Shown here in pieces: positions 1 to 7,590 of a stretch of DNA of 24,075 nt. The stretch is from a virus (Duplodnaviria; Caudoviricetes), in the IMG/VR virus record IMGVR_UViG_3300027740_000017, positions 1 to 24,075 of that record. The stretch is one strand, 5' to 3'. The notes below the pieces were generated by a model. The model saw only the letters and a list, made by a program, of their open reading frames with translations, did no database searches and was not told the origin of the DNA. How positions within the stretch are numbered: the stretch's first letter is position 1; the number at the start of each line of letters is the position of its first letter. A program made the translations under genes and the position numbers.

Positions 1-655
1 CAAAAAATATGCTAAGAAATATAACACAACTGATTTTGATTCAATCTATGAGCATATTAATTCAAACTTTTATTACATCTTGAATGAAGATGACATGAGC
101 CTTGATTTCATACTTAACGCTGCAAAGATTTTAATTAAAAAGTTTGGGATTAAGATACTTGTAATTGATCCATACAACGTAATAGATCATCAGTGGGAAA
201 AAGGAAAAACAGAGACACAGTATATAAGTATGTTTCTTAATAAGTTAGTTTTGTTTTCCAGGATATATGATATTTTGATTTTCTTAGTCGCACATCCAAG
301 GATATTACAGAAAGGAGAAAAGGCTACATTATATACGATAAGCGGTTCAGCTCACTTTTATAACCGTTGTGATTATGGAATTGTAATTGACAGGTTAATT
401 AATCCTGAGACTAATGTAATGGGCAACCAGGTAAATGCCGAAATTCATAAAGTAAAATTCAAACACTTGGGTATGCAAGGCATTGCTGAATTGAATTATA
501 ATTATAACAATGGCCGTTATGAAGATACCATAAAAGATGTTAATGTTTGGGATAATTCTAATTGGCTAACAAAAGAAACCACTATATTTAATGATTTTAA
601 AGAGGGTATATTGCCCGATGAATTGTATTTTGAAAAAGACCAAATGCCATTTTAA
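1..655 (+). CDS. DnaB/Twinkle-like (SF4) replicative helicase, C-terminal part (5' truncated)
   Basis: Frame is open from position 2, so the TTG at 80 is not the true start. SF4 motifs: ILVIDPYN (Walker B), FLVAHP, ISGSAHFYNRCD and KVKF. Ends in an acidic DQMPF tail. Confidence 0.85.
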   Translation, partial: KKYAKKYNTTDFDSIYEHINSNFYYILNEDDMSLDFILNAAKILIKKFGIKILVIDPYNVIDHQWEKGKTETQYISMFLNKLVLFSRIYDILIFLVAHPRILQKGEKATLYTISGSAHFYNRCDYGIVIDRLINPETNVMGNQVNAEIHKVKFKHLGMQGIAELNYNYNNGRYEDTIKDVNVWDNSNWLTKETTIFNDFKEGILPDELYFEKDQMPF

Positions 656-657
656 TT

Positions 658-1008
658 ATGAAAATAATAAAAGACAAAATAATCAGATACCAGAAAAAAG
701 ACACTGAAAAATTTCCACGCTTGTTTAGAACTATTTCTATAAGAGATGCAATAAAAATGCTACGCGCAAGGGAAGGTAAAGAAAACCAAATAAAAAATAA
801 AAATATGAAAGTAGTATTAATTTATGATGATGGTGAGGAATACGAACCATGTATTCTTGTTCGTGAATTTGATTCAGAAAGCGAAATGATTGATTTTATA
901 AATAAAGAAAACAAAGGAAATTCTATTATATCAGCTTATGAGTTTTATAAAAAGATTAAAATTATACCTGTTGAAAAGGTTACAAAATGGGAAATTTCAT
1001 CTAAATAA
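658..1008 (+). CDS. hypothetical phage protein (possible second start at 805)
   Basis: 116-aa ORF starting 2 nt after the helicase stop. An in-frame ATG at 805 follows an A-rich initiation-like tract. Confidence 0.6.
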   Translation: MKIIKDKIIRYQKKDTEKFPRLFRTISIRDAIKMLRAREGKENQIKNKNMKVVLIYDDGEEYEPCILVREFDSESEMIDFINKENKGNSIISAYEFYKKIKIIPVEKVTKWEISSK

Positions 1009-1016
1009 AAAATAAT

Positions 1017-1286
1017 ATGAAAAGAAAATTAACATTCAAAGAAGCAAAAGCATTGCTCAATAAGGGCAAGTATGTTCATACCTATAGACAATGTGGATAT
1101 GCTTTGTTTAGTGCTGATTGGCTTAAAAAGGATTTATTAGAAGCCATGAAAAAAAATGAGAGTACTTTAGAAATAGGTGGTGAGTTGTGCCGTAAAATGA
1201 AACACGGTTTAGTGTTAAAGGACAGTGCAGGGCATTTATTTATCGAAACAGACATGGATAAACTTAATTCTTTTGACCCTACATGA
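1017..1286 (+). CDS. hypothetical phage protein
   Basis: 89-aa ORF with an A-rich leader, in a tightly packed operon. Confidence 0.7.
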   Translation: MKRKLTFKEAKALLNKGKYVHTYRQCGYALFSADWLKKDLLEAMKKNESTLEIGGELCRKMKHGLVLKDSAGHLFIETDMDKLNSFDPT

Positions 1287-1360
1287 AAGACAAAAACACC
1301 CTATTTGAAACTGATAAATATTGTTCAGAGTGTGGGTGTAAACTTTATTGGATTGATTAA
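1283..1360 (+). CDS. small Cys-rich ORF (25 aa, CxxCGC)
   Basis: MKDKNTLFETDKYCSECGCKLYWID. ATGA overlap with the upstream stop, and it ends 2 nt before the next ATG. Below the ORF-track size cutoff. Confidence 0.5.
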   Translation: MKDKNTLFETDKYCSECGCKLYWID

Positions 1361-1362
1361 CG

Positions 1363-1797
1363 ATGAAAAAAAGTAAAACATTTGATTTAATTCAAGTTTC
1401 AGAAAGGCAGGCAGCTTTTGATATGATATTCAGTTTGTATGGGAAACAGATTGAAATATCTGAGGTTATAAAAACCCGTTCTAATTCTCAAAATAATGCC
1501 TTGCATAAGTACTTTGCTTTAATTGCAGAACAATTTAATGAACTTGGAATATCATATAAATTTACAAATATTATTGGTTATACAGTTGATATACCCTGGA
1601 ATTTATTGCTTGTTAAAGATTTTATTTGGCGACCGATTCAAAGGACATTATTTGACATTGATTCTACAACTGAAATAAATACAAAACAAATAAACGAAAT
1701 AATAGTAATACTCGACAAACATTTTGCTGAGCTTGGATTTGAAATTGATTTCCCTTGCTGGCAAACATTCTTAAACAGTCAAGATGCTAAAAAATAA
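1363..1797 (+). CDS. NinB/Orf-like recombination accessory protein
   Basis: RSxxQNxxLH near the N-terminus, and STTxI...I..I....AELG..I near the C-terminus, as in lambda NinB (Orf)-like proteins. Confidence 0.6.
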   Translation: MKKSKTFDLIQVSERQAAFDMIFSLYGKQIEISEVIKTRSNSQNNALHKYFALIAEQFNELGISYKFTNIIGYTVDIPWNLLLVKDFIWRPIQRTLFDIDSTTEINTKQINEIIVILDKHFAELGFEIDFPCWQTFLNSQDAKK

Positions 1798-1852
1798 TTA
1801 AAAACTAAAATGATGAACGCAAATAACACAGTGTTATAAACATTTTTTAGGG

Positions 1853-2089
1853 ATGGAATTAAAATTAATTTTAATTGAATGGGTTGATTCATATAGCGTA
1901 TATGAGCAATGGGATTTTATAGGGCATATAAAAGAACCCGAAATTGTTAACTGTAAATCTGTAGGATTTCTTATTAAAGAAACACCTGAATCAATTTTAA
2001 TACTCCCTCATATTTCTGGAGAAAATGAAGCTGGAATGGGTGGGATTTGTATACCAAAAGTAAGTATAACTAAACTAACAGAATTATGA
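1853..2089 (+). CDS. hypothetical phage protein
   Basis: 78 aa. The pattern IEWVDS...C.SVG.LI...IPK is typical of a small phage protein family. Confidence 0.75.
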   Translation: MELKLILIEWVDSYSVYEQWDFIGHIKEPEIVNCKSVGFLIKETPESILILPHISGENEAGMGGICIPKVSITKLTEL

Positions 2090-2424
2090 ATGAATTTAAT
2101 GAAGGGCAATTAACTGAGTTATGTCAGGGAGTTTTTAGAGGATGTAAACCTTTAGCTGTTATGCCAGTAAAAAAGATTTATGAATCAGAGGCAATAAAAT
2201 TAATTGATAGAGAGGGTGTAAAATCATTAATTAGAGAACTTAATGATGAAAACTGGATTGAAATATGGATTTTTAAGCGGGACGAAATGAGTTTTATAAT
2301 TGATTATTTGCCTGATGAACCGACAACTGAATATGAACATTTTGTATTAGGATGTGCATTCGGCTATTCGATAGATGCTATTTGTGATTTTATTGGGCAA
2401 GTCTGTGAGAAACATTTGGTCTAA
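2086..2424 (+). CDS. hypothetical protein
   Basis: 112 aa, with an ATGA overlap with the previous gene. Confidence 0.7.
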   Translation: MNEFNEGQLTELCQGVFRGCKPLAVMPVKKIYESEAIKLIDREGVKSLIRELNDENWIEIWIFKRDEMSFIIDYLPDEPTTEYEHFVLGCAFGYSIDAICDFIGQVCEKHLV

Positions 2425-2474
2425 TTGCTTATAACATTTGTATATACACAATACGAATTATAAAAACTAAAATA

Positions 2475-2930
2475 ATGAAATACAAAATTATTAAAAAAAT
2501 TCCGTTTTTTTACACATTAGATAAAGTTGTAGAAACCAATGATGCTAACTTGATTAAATTGATTGGCAGCAATCTTTATATTAATCCAGGAGATTGGCCA
2601 GAATACTTTGAGCCAGTGAAAGAGCCTCTTTTCACTACTTATGACGGTGTTAAAATATTTGAAATGAAAGGATATGTGCACGAAGTTTATAAGACAGAAA
2701 CCTCTAAGTGCATTAGGTTAGATTGTTTTCCAAATAATAAGTCTTCTAATTTTATATCTGATGACAATTATAAATATTTCTCAACCGAAGAAGCCGCCGA
2801 AAAATGGATAGATGAAAACAAACCAGTGTTTTCTAAAAAGCAAATATCTGAAATTCTTGATAAATTTGTATTAGGAAAGTATGAAATCAGAGATATTGCA
2901 ATGAGTTTAAGGAATGTATTTGGACTATAA
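2475..2930 (+). CDS. hypothetical phage protein
   Basis: 151-aa ORF with an A-rich leader. Confidence 0.75.
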   Translation: MKYKIIKKIPFFYTLDKVVETNDANLIKLIGSNLYINPGDWPEYFEPVKEPLFTTYDGVKIFEMKGYVHEVYKTETSKCIRLDCFPNNKSSNFISDDNYKYFSTEEAAEKWIDENKPVFSKKQISEILDKFVLGKYEIRDIAMSLRNVFGL

Positions 2931-2961
2931 TTTGTTTTTTAATAAATAATTCTTAACTTTG
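2931..2961 (+). promoter_or_regulatory. Bacteroidota primary-sigma promoter (-33/-7)
   Basis: TTTG (2931-2934), a 19-nt spacer, then TAACTTTG (2954-2961). Exact match to TTTG-N19-21-TAnnTTTG. Confidence 0.7.
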
Positions 2962-2966
2962 TGTTT

Positions 2967-3176
2967 ATGGATGACTTAGAAACTATCTATAATTTTTTGA
3001 AAAACATAAATTTCGATATGTTTGAATTACATACAGGGGGAGTCATTATAGACTCGAAAAAATGGATTGAATCAGAATATCAGACTTGTATCGGGTCAAG
3101 TGGAGAAAGGATAAAGATGCTTTCGTACAACAGGATGAAACAGGTTTATAATAACTTTGCGGCTGTAACAAATTAA
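2967..3176 (+). CDS. hypothetical protein
   Basis: The track start (GTG at 2961) overlaps the promoter -7 box, so the ATG at 2967 is more plausible. Confidence 0.65.
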   Translation: MDDLETIYNFLKNINFDMFELHTGGVIIDSKKWIESEYQTCIGSSGERIKMLSYNRMKQVYNNFAAVTN

Positions 3177-3178
3177 TC

Positions 3179-3355
3179 ATGAGAGAAACAAAACACGATA
3201 CTTGTGAGTGGCCTGGTAAAACGGTTAAGGTGTCCCTGATTCCAAAGAATAGTTTTCATGCAAAAGAATTAGATAAGATATTTGCCTTACAAAACAGTAT
3301 TGATAATTACCAGTTAGAGCAAATAGTAAGCAAAAAATATAATGAAAAAGACTGA
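3179..3355 (+). CDS. small hypothetical protein (58 aa)
   Basis: MRETKHDTCEWPGKTVKVSLIPK...YNEKD fills the gap. It starts 2 nt after the upstream stop and overlaps the next gene. Confidence 0.55.
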   Translation: MRETKHDTCEWPGKTVKVSLIPKNSFHAKELDKIFALQNSIDNYQLEQIVSKKYNEKD

Positions 3356-3578
3356 AATATACATGATGATTATGGGCTCAGTCCTTATCTTAGGATTGAT
3401 TGTTTTAATCATTGTGTTGTATTTATTTCCAGCTAAGCAAGAAAACAACGATTTACTTTATATTGCTGTTGGTGGATTAATTGGCCAGGTGTCTAATGTG
3501 GTTGGATATTACTTTGGGTCGTCTTTAGGATCGCAAAGGAAAACTGAGATTTTAAACAATAATAATGGATTAGGATGA
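3342..3578 (+). CDS. small membrane protein, holin-like
   Basis: Two hydrophobic segments followed by YYFGSSLGS and a basic tail. Confidence 0.55.
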   Translation: MKKTEIYMMIMGSVLILGLIVLIIVLYLFPAKQENNDLLYIAVGGLIGQVSNVVGYYFGSSLGSQRKTEILNNNNGLG

Positions 3579-3910
3579 CTGTGTTACAAATAAAAAGACA
3601 AGAACTTGATCTAATTGTTTCAGGTACAAAAAAAGTAGAATGGCGATCGCCATCTGATTATAATTATAATTTGTTGTTAAAAGATAGAGGGGACGGCATG
3701 AGGGATGGAGATCCTGAAATAAAGGAAATAAAATTGCAAAACGGACACAAAGAAGATTCACCTTATATTATTATTGAGGTTAAAAGTATACATGCAATTA
3801 AATTTACAAAAGATTATTATTCAAAGGATGAAAACTTTAGCGCTTTGGCTGGCATGATTGCCATTGAAATAGTTTTAGGTGAAATAAAAGAGAAGTTTAA
3901 TTTAAATTAA
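3575..3910 (+). CDS. ASCH-domain protein
   Basis: LxIK....D.I.SGxKxxExR signature (LQIKRQELDLIVSGTKKVEWR), then L.NG....P. Confidence 0.8.
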   Translation: MTVLQIKRQELDLIVSGTKKVEWRSPSDYNYNLLLKDRGDGMRDGDPEIKEIKLQNGHKEDSPYIIIEVKSIHAIKFTKDYYSKDENFSALAGMIAIEIVLGEIKEKFNLN

Positions 3911-3915
3911 ATATT

Positions 3916-4026
3916 ATGCTTAAAAATTTTATCAAATTAATCAAATCATTATTCCCTGATTTTACATTATGGGAAGAAGGTTCATTTTCAGATTCTGCCG
4001 GAGATGTGGTCTATTACAATAGATAA
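3916..4026 (+). CDS. small ORF (36 aa) between the ASCH and PAPS-reductase-like genes
   Basis: MLKNFIKLIKSLFPDFTLWEEGSFSDSAGDVVYYNR. Starts 5 nt after the ASCH stop and overlaps the next start. Confidence 0.5.
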   Translation: MLKNFIKLIKSLFPDFTLWEEGSFSDSAGDVVYYNR

Positions 4027-4690
4027 CATTGAAAAACTTGGTGTTAATGATTTAATATTATTTCATTCAGCATCTGGAAAGGATTCTATAGCACTTTGCG
4101 ATATTCTATCAAAGAATTTTCGTAAGGTGCTTTGTGTTTTTATGTACATTGTGAAAGACCTTAATTATGAAAATGGATTTATTGAATGGGCTACTAATCG
4201 TTATAAAAATATAGAATTTATAAAAGTTCCACATTTTTGTCTATCATCATGGATAAAACATGGTTATTTGGGTATAAAAAAACAAAAAATAAAAAACTAT
4301 ACTTTATCTGGAATAGATAGGCTTATTAGAAATAAACATAAGCTTGATTTCTCTGTGTATGGTTCAAAGAAAGTTGATGGCTTACAAAGAAGGATTATGC
4401 TTAATACTTACAAAGATGGTATATCCTACAATACAAGAAAAGCATATCCATTAATGGATATGAAAAATAAAGAAGTGTTATATTATATAAAAGATAATTA
4501 TCTTATTGAACCTTTTAAATATTGCAATGAAAAGCCATCATCAGGCTGCGATATTAGCGACCCAAGATACTTATACTATGTTAGATATAAGTATCCGAAT
4601 GATTATAATAAAATATTGAATTTATTCCCTTTATGTGATGCTATTTTACAATGTTATGAAAATAAAGCAATCAGAAACGCAAATAATTAA
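4004..4690 (+). CDS. PAPS reductase-family (PP-loop, adenine nucleotide alpha hydrolase) protein
   Basis: PP-loop LFHSASGKDS, then G.K..D...RR, YPL.D....V..YI and a C-terminal SSGC. Confidence 0.8.
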   Translation: MWSITIDNIEKLGVNDLILFHSASGKDSIALCDILSKNFRKVLCVFMYIVKDLNYENGFIEWATNRYKNIEFIKVPHFCLSSWIKHGYLGIKKQKIKNYTLSGIDRLIRNKHKLDFSVYGSKKVDGLQRRIMLNTYKDGISYNTRKAYPLMDMKNKEVLYYIKDNYLIEPFKYCNEKPSSGCDISDPRYLYYVRYKYPNDYNKILNLFPLCDAILQCYENKAIRNANN

Positions 4691-5333
4691 AAGAAGTATC
4701 ATTAACTTTGCTACTTATAATCCAAGAAAAAAGGATGCTAAGGTTGTTGAGGCGTTAATTAAGAATTTTAAAAAGGTAGGGTATCTTGGGGGCATAGTAT
4801 GGAATAAACAAACTGGAAATTTAGTCGGTGGTCATAAAAGAATAGAGGCAATGGACATAGTATTGAAATATCCTGATAATGATTATGAAGTCAAGGTTGA
4901 GGTTATTGATGTAGACGATAAAACAGAAAAAGAGCAAAATATATTTTTAAATAATAAAAGAGTTCAAGGAGACATGGATTATGATCTATTATCGGTGCTT
5001 ATTCCTGAAATAGACATAGACAGCGCAGGATTACAGCAATATGATATTGACCTTTGTAAGATGTTAAACCCAAATTTTAATTTTGGAGAAAGTAAGGATA
5101 TTATTGATGACTTTTCGTCATTAGATGAAAATAAAGAAGATAAGAAAAAGGCTATGCAAAAAATAAGGAAAGACATTATTAATGACAAAGATACATGCAG
5201 AAAACAAAATTATTTTATTGTTGCTTTTGATGACCATCTTAAAAAGGGCGAATATTTAGAATCAATAGGAATAAATGGTAATACGACTTACATTAATTCA
5301 GATATATTTTTACAAAAAATTAATGACTTATGA
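4656..5333 (+). CDS. ParB/Sulfiredoxin N-terminal domain protein
   Basis: YNPR...G....IVWN..TGNLVGGHKR. ATG 4656 (MKIKQSE) is preferred over the track start at 4635. Confidence 0.8.
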   Translation: MKIKQSETQIIKRSIINFATYNPRKKDAKVVEALIKNFKKVGYLGGIVWNKQTGNLVGGHKRIEAMDIVLKYPDNDYEVKVEVIDVDDKTEKEQNIFLNNKRVQGDMDYDLLSVLIPEIDIDSAGLQQYDIDLCKMLNPNFNFGESKDIIDDFSSLDENKEDKKKAMQKIRKDIINDKDTCRKQNYFIVAFDDHLKKGEYLESIGINGNTTYINSDIFLQKINDL

Positions 5334-5722
5334 AATACGATAAACACCATATAAAATTATTTACCGACGCATTAGCTGAAGGGCAAGGAAGGGTAAGGGC
5401 TTGTAAGATTGCAGATATTGATTATCAGACGTTTCTTAATTGGCTACACGATGAAAATAAACTCGAATTTGTCGAAGCTGTAAAAAAAGCAGAAATGCAT
5501 GGTAACGATAAACTAAGGGATTTAAGTATAAGAAAGATAGTAGAGGATAAATCTTGGCAATCTGGTGCATGGTGGTTAGAAAGGAATTTCTTTAATGAGT
5601 TTGGCAATAAACAAAAGCTTGATTTATCTGGAGAAGTTGCAACAAAAACAACAATAGTTGTGCAGAATCAGGAACAGTCTGAGAAAATAAAAAATATAAT
5701 CGATGAACTGAACAAAGAATGA
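5330..5722 (+). CDS. terminase small subunit
   Basis: N-terminal HTH (RACKIADIDYQTFLNWL) and SWQSGAWWLER motif. Directly precedes the large terminase. Confidence 0.75.
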   Translation: MKYDKHHIKLFTDALAEGQGRVRACKIADIDYQTFLNWLHDENKLEFVEAVKKAEMHGNDKLRDLSIRKIVEDKSWQSGAWWLERNFFNEFGNKQKLDLSGEVATKTTIVVQNQEQSEKIKNIIDELNKE

Positions 5723-6867
5723 AGGTAACTAATGTTTATACCAGAAACTTAGAAGCATTCTATAAAGCAAGGAATAGCCCTATAATAATTGAAAACAGAG
5801 GTGGACAAGGTTCGGGTAAAACATTTTCTATCACACAAGTCTTTTATACTATTTGCACCGAAAGCAGAAAACCCAGAAAGATAACAATAGGTTCTTATGC
5901 ATTGCCACATCTTAGAGCAGGCGTTATGTCCGACCTTGATAAAATCTTACTATCAAATAATATTAACCCAGGTGATGTAAGGACAGGAGTTGAGTATAAG
6001 ATTAATAATTCAAAGATTGAGTTTGTAGGAATTGAGGGAAATGAAAGCAGAGTAACCGGCCCAAGGAGAGATATACTTTACATCAATGAAGTAAATAACA
6101 GAATCAGGTATGATGTCTTTGATGCTGCTAATGGTAGAACTTCCGAATGTACCTTCGTTGATTATAATCCAAGATGCCAGTTTTGGTTGCAAGAAAAAGT
6201 AAACCCAAATTTTGCACATCATGAAATAGTCTCTACATACCTTGATAATCCTTATATTCCAGAAAGAGAACTACAAAATATCTTAATGAAACGCAATAAG
6301 CCTGGATTTGAAAACTGGTGGAAAGTTTATGGGCTTGGAGAGTTTGGAAGTTTTGAAGATGTAATATTTTCAAACTGGGAATACGGTGAATTTATTCCAC
6401 AAAATACTGTAGCCAATGGTCTTGACTTTGGCGTGAAAGACCCAGACGCAATGATAAAAATATCTATTGATAGAAAGGAAATGAAGATATATTGCAAAGA
6501 AGTAATCTATAAGTCCGGTCTATCTACTCACGAACTATCTTCTTTAATTTCTACAAATGTTACTCAGAATGAGTTAATTATTGCAGACAGTGCAGGACTA
6601 AGGACTATCAATGACTTAAAGGCAAAAGGACTTAATATCAGGTCGGTTCATAAGAACAAGATTATAGAAGATATAAAAACATTAATGGACTATGTTTTGG
6701 TTATTGATCCGGAAAGTGTTAATTTAGCAAAGGAATTACAGAACTGGGTTTGGTTAGACAAGAAAGGCCAGGTTCCTATTGATGCTAATAATCATTTGAT
6801 TGATGCACTTAGGTATATTGCCTGTACGTTAATCAAACCAAATGTAAGGACTGGCCAAAAGTTCTAA
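5719..6867 (+). CDS. terminase large subunit (PBSX-like)
   Basis: Walker A GGQGSGKT, Walker B ILYINE, coupling motif DYNP, and nuclease motifs GLDFG..DP, ADSA and NHLIDALRY. Confidence 0.93.
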   Translation: MKVTNVYTRNLEAFYKARNSPIIIENRGGQGSGKTFSITQVFYTICTESRKPRKITIGSYALPHLRAGVMSDLDKILLSNNINPGDVRTGVEYKINNSKIEFVGIEGNESRVTGPRRDILYINEVNNRIRYDVFDAANGRTSECTFVDYNPRCQFWLQEKVNPNFAHHEIVSTYLDNPYIPERELQNILMKRNKPGFENWWKVYGLGEFGSFEDVIFSNWEYGEFIPQNTVANGLDFGVKDPDAMIKISIDRKEMKIYCKEVIYKSGLSTHELSSLISTNVTQNELIIADSAGLRTINDLKAKGLNIRSVHKNKIIEDIKTLMDYVLVIDPESVNLAKELQNWVWLDKKGQVPIDANNHLIDALRYIACTLIKPNVRTGQKF

Positions 6868-6960
6868 CAGTCCATACACGTATAGCAACATGACAAAACA
6901 CGGTAAAATAAAAGCTAATAATTTTAAAATCAAATAATTAATTTTTTAAAATCTAACGGT

Positions 6961-7512
6961 ATAAAAACACAATTTAGAAATATTAGTTTTGTTCAGTATG
7001 TTTCGCTCCAAGTTAGAGAGCAATACGACTTTGCCTTAAGGTTTGGAGTGTTTGAGCCATTGGATTTATTTAAACTTGGAGACTTAACCGACTGTCAGTT
7101 TGGATTTGTGAAAGACGTACAGGACTTACTGAACTATGAAGGATTGACTTGGGAAAAATTCTTTGAGGAAATATCGAATTATAAAAAGATAACACAAAGA
7201 AGGATTGCATTAATGCCATTGTTTGATTTGCATCGTGCCAGGCTGTACTTGAAAAAAGAAGTAGAGAAAATAAACGAAATAGAATCGAACGGATTAGGGC
7301 ATAATCCAAGTGCAGAAGAAGAAAGCGCCGGGATAAACATATTTGAAAAGTATAGGGCTTTCCTGCAATTCGATAAGTTAACCGGAGGGGACATTACAAA
7401 AATAGATGAGATTAGAAAATTACCTTATTCGCTTTGCTTTGCTAAATTGATGTTAGAAGCTGACAAGGCTGAGTTTGAATCTAACTTAATCAGATCACGT
7501 AATCGTAAATAA
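6961..7512 (+). CDS. hypothetical protein, possibly a tail assembly chaperone; start uncertain (ATA 6961 or GTG 7048)
   Basis: The frame is open from 6928 with no ATG before GTG 7048. The helical C-terminus (DKLTGGDITKIDEIRKLPY) is chaperone-like. Confidence 0.5.
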   Translation: MKTQFRNISFVQYVSLQVREQYDFALRFGVFEPLDLFKLGDLTDCQFGFVKDVQDLLNYEGLTWEKFFEEISNYKKITQRRIALMPLFDLHRARLYLKKEVEKINEIESNGLGHNPSAEEESAGINIFEKYRAFLQFDKLTGGDITKIDEIRKLPYSLCFAKLMLEADKAEFESNLIRSRNRK

Positions 7513-7537
7513 AGACATGCTTGTCTTTTATTATTTT
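7510..7537 (+). terminator. putative hairpin terminator (or operator copy)
   Basis: AAAGACA-TGCT-TGTCTTT followed by TATTATTTT, directly at the stop codon. Confidence 0.45.
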
Positions 7538-7590
7538 ATAAGTTAGTGTTTGATAGTTAGTTGATGGATGAAATAAAATAAACGTTCATT

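Larger units (their letters stand above)
1799..2479. repeat. 19-bp direct repeats with nested 11-bp inverted repeats around a two-gene block (cassette-like)
   Basis: Direct repeats TAAAAACTAAAATGATGAA (1799-1817) and TAAAAACTAAAATAATGAA (2461-2479). Inverted repeats TGTTATAAACA (1832-1842) and TGCTTATAACA (2426-2436). Confidence 0.55.

Noticed and set aside
3152-3159. TAACTTTG as a promoter -7 box
   Set aside because: It lies within a CDS and has no TTTG/TTG at 19-21 nt upstream.
3969-4022. Alternative mini-ORF MGRRFIFRFCRRCGLLQ
   Set aside because: Only 17 aa and nested in the better-placed 36-aa ORF, with no independent support.
6861-6880. TTCTAAC-AGTCC-ATACACG as a second attC-like half site
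   Set aside because: No complementary GTTAGAA core brackets a gene, and the site sits at the end of the core terminase gene.
6890-6937. Programmed -1 frameshift from the short MTKHGK ORF into the chaperone-like frame
   Set aside because: There is no correctly phased X XXY YYZ heptamer, and slipping at TTT AAA lands on a TAA.
7540-7566. Repeated AGTTAGT/TTGAT words in the intergenic region
   Set aside because: Too short and irregular to distinguish from chance in AT-rich DNA.
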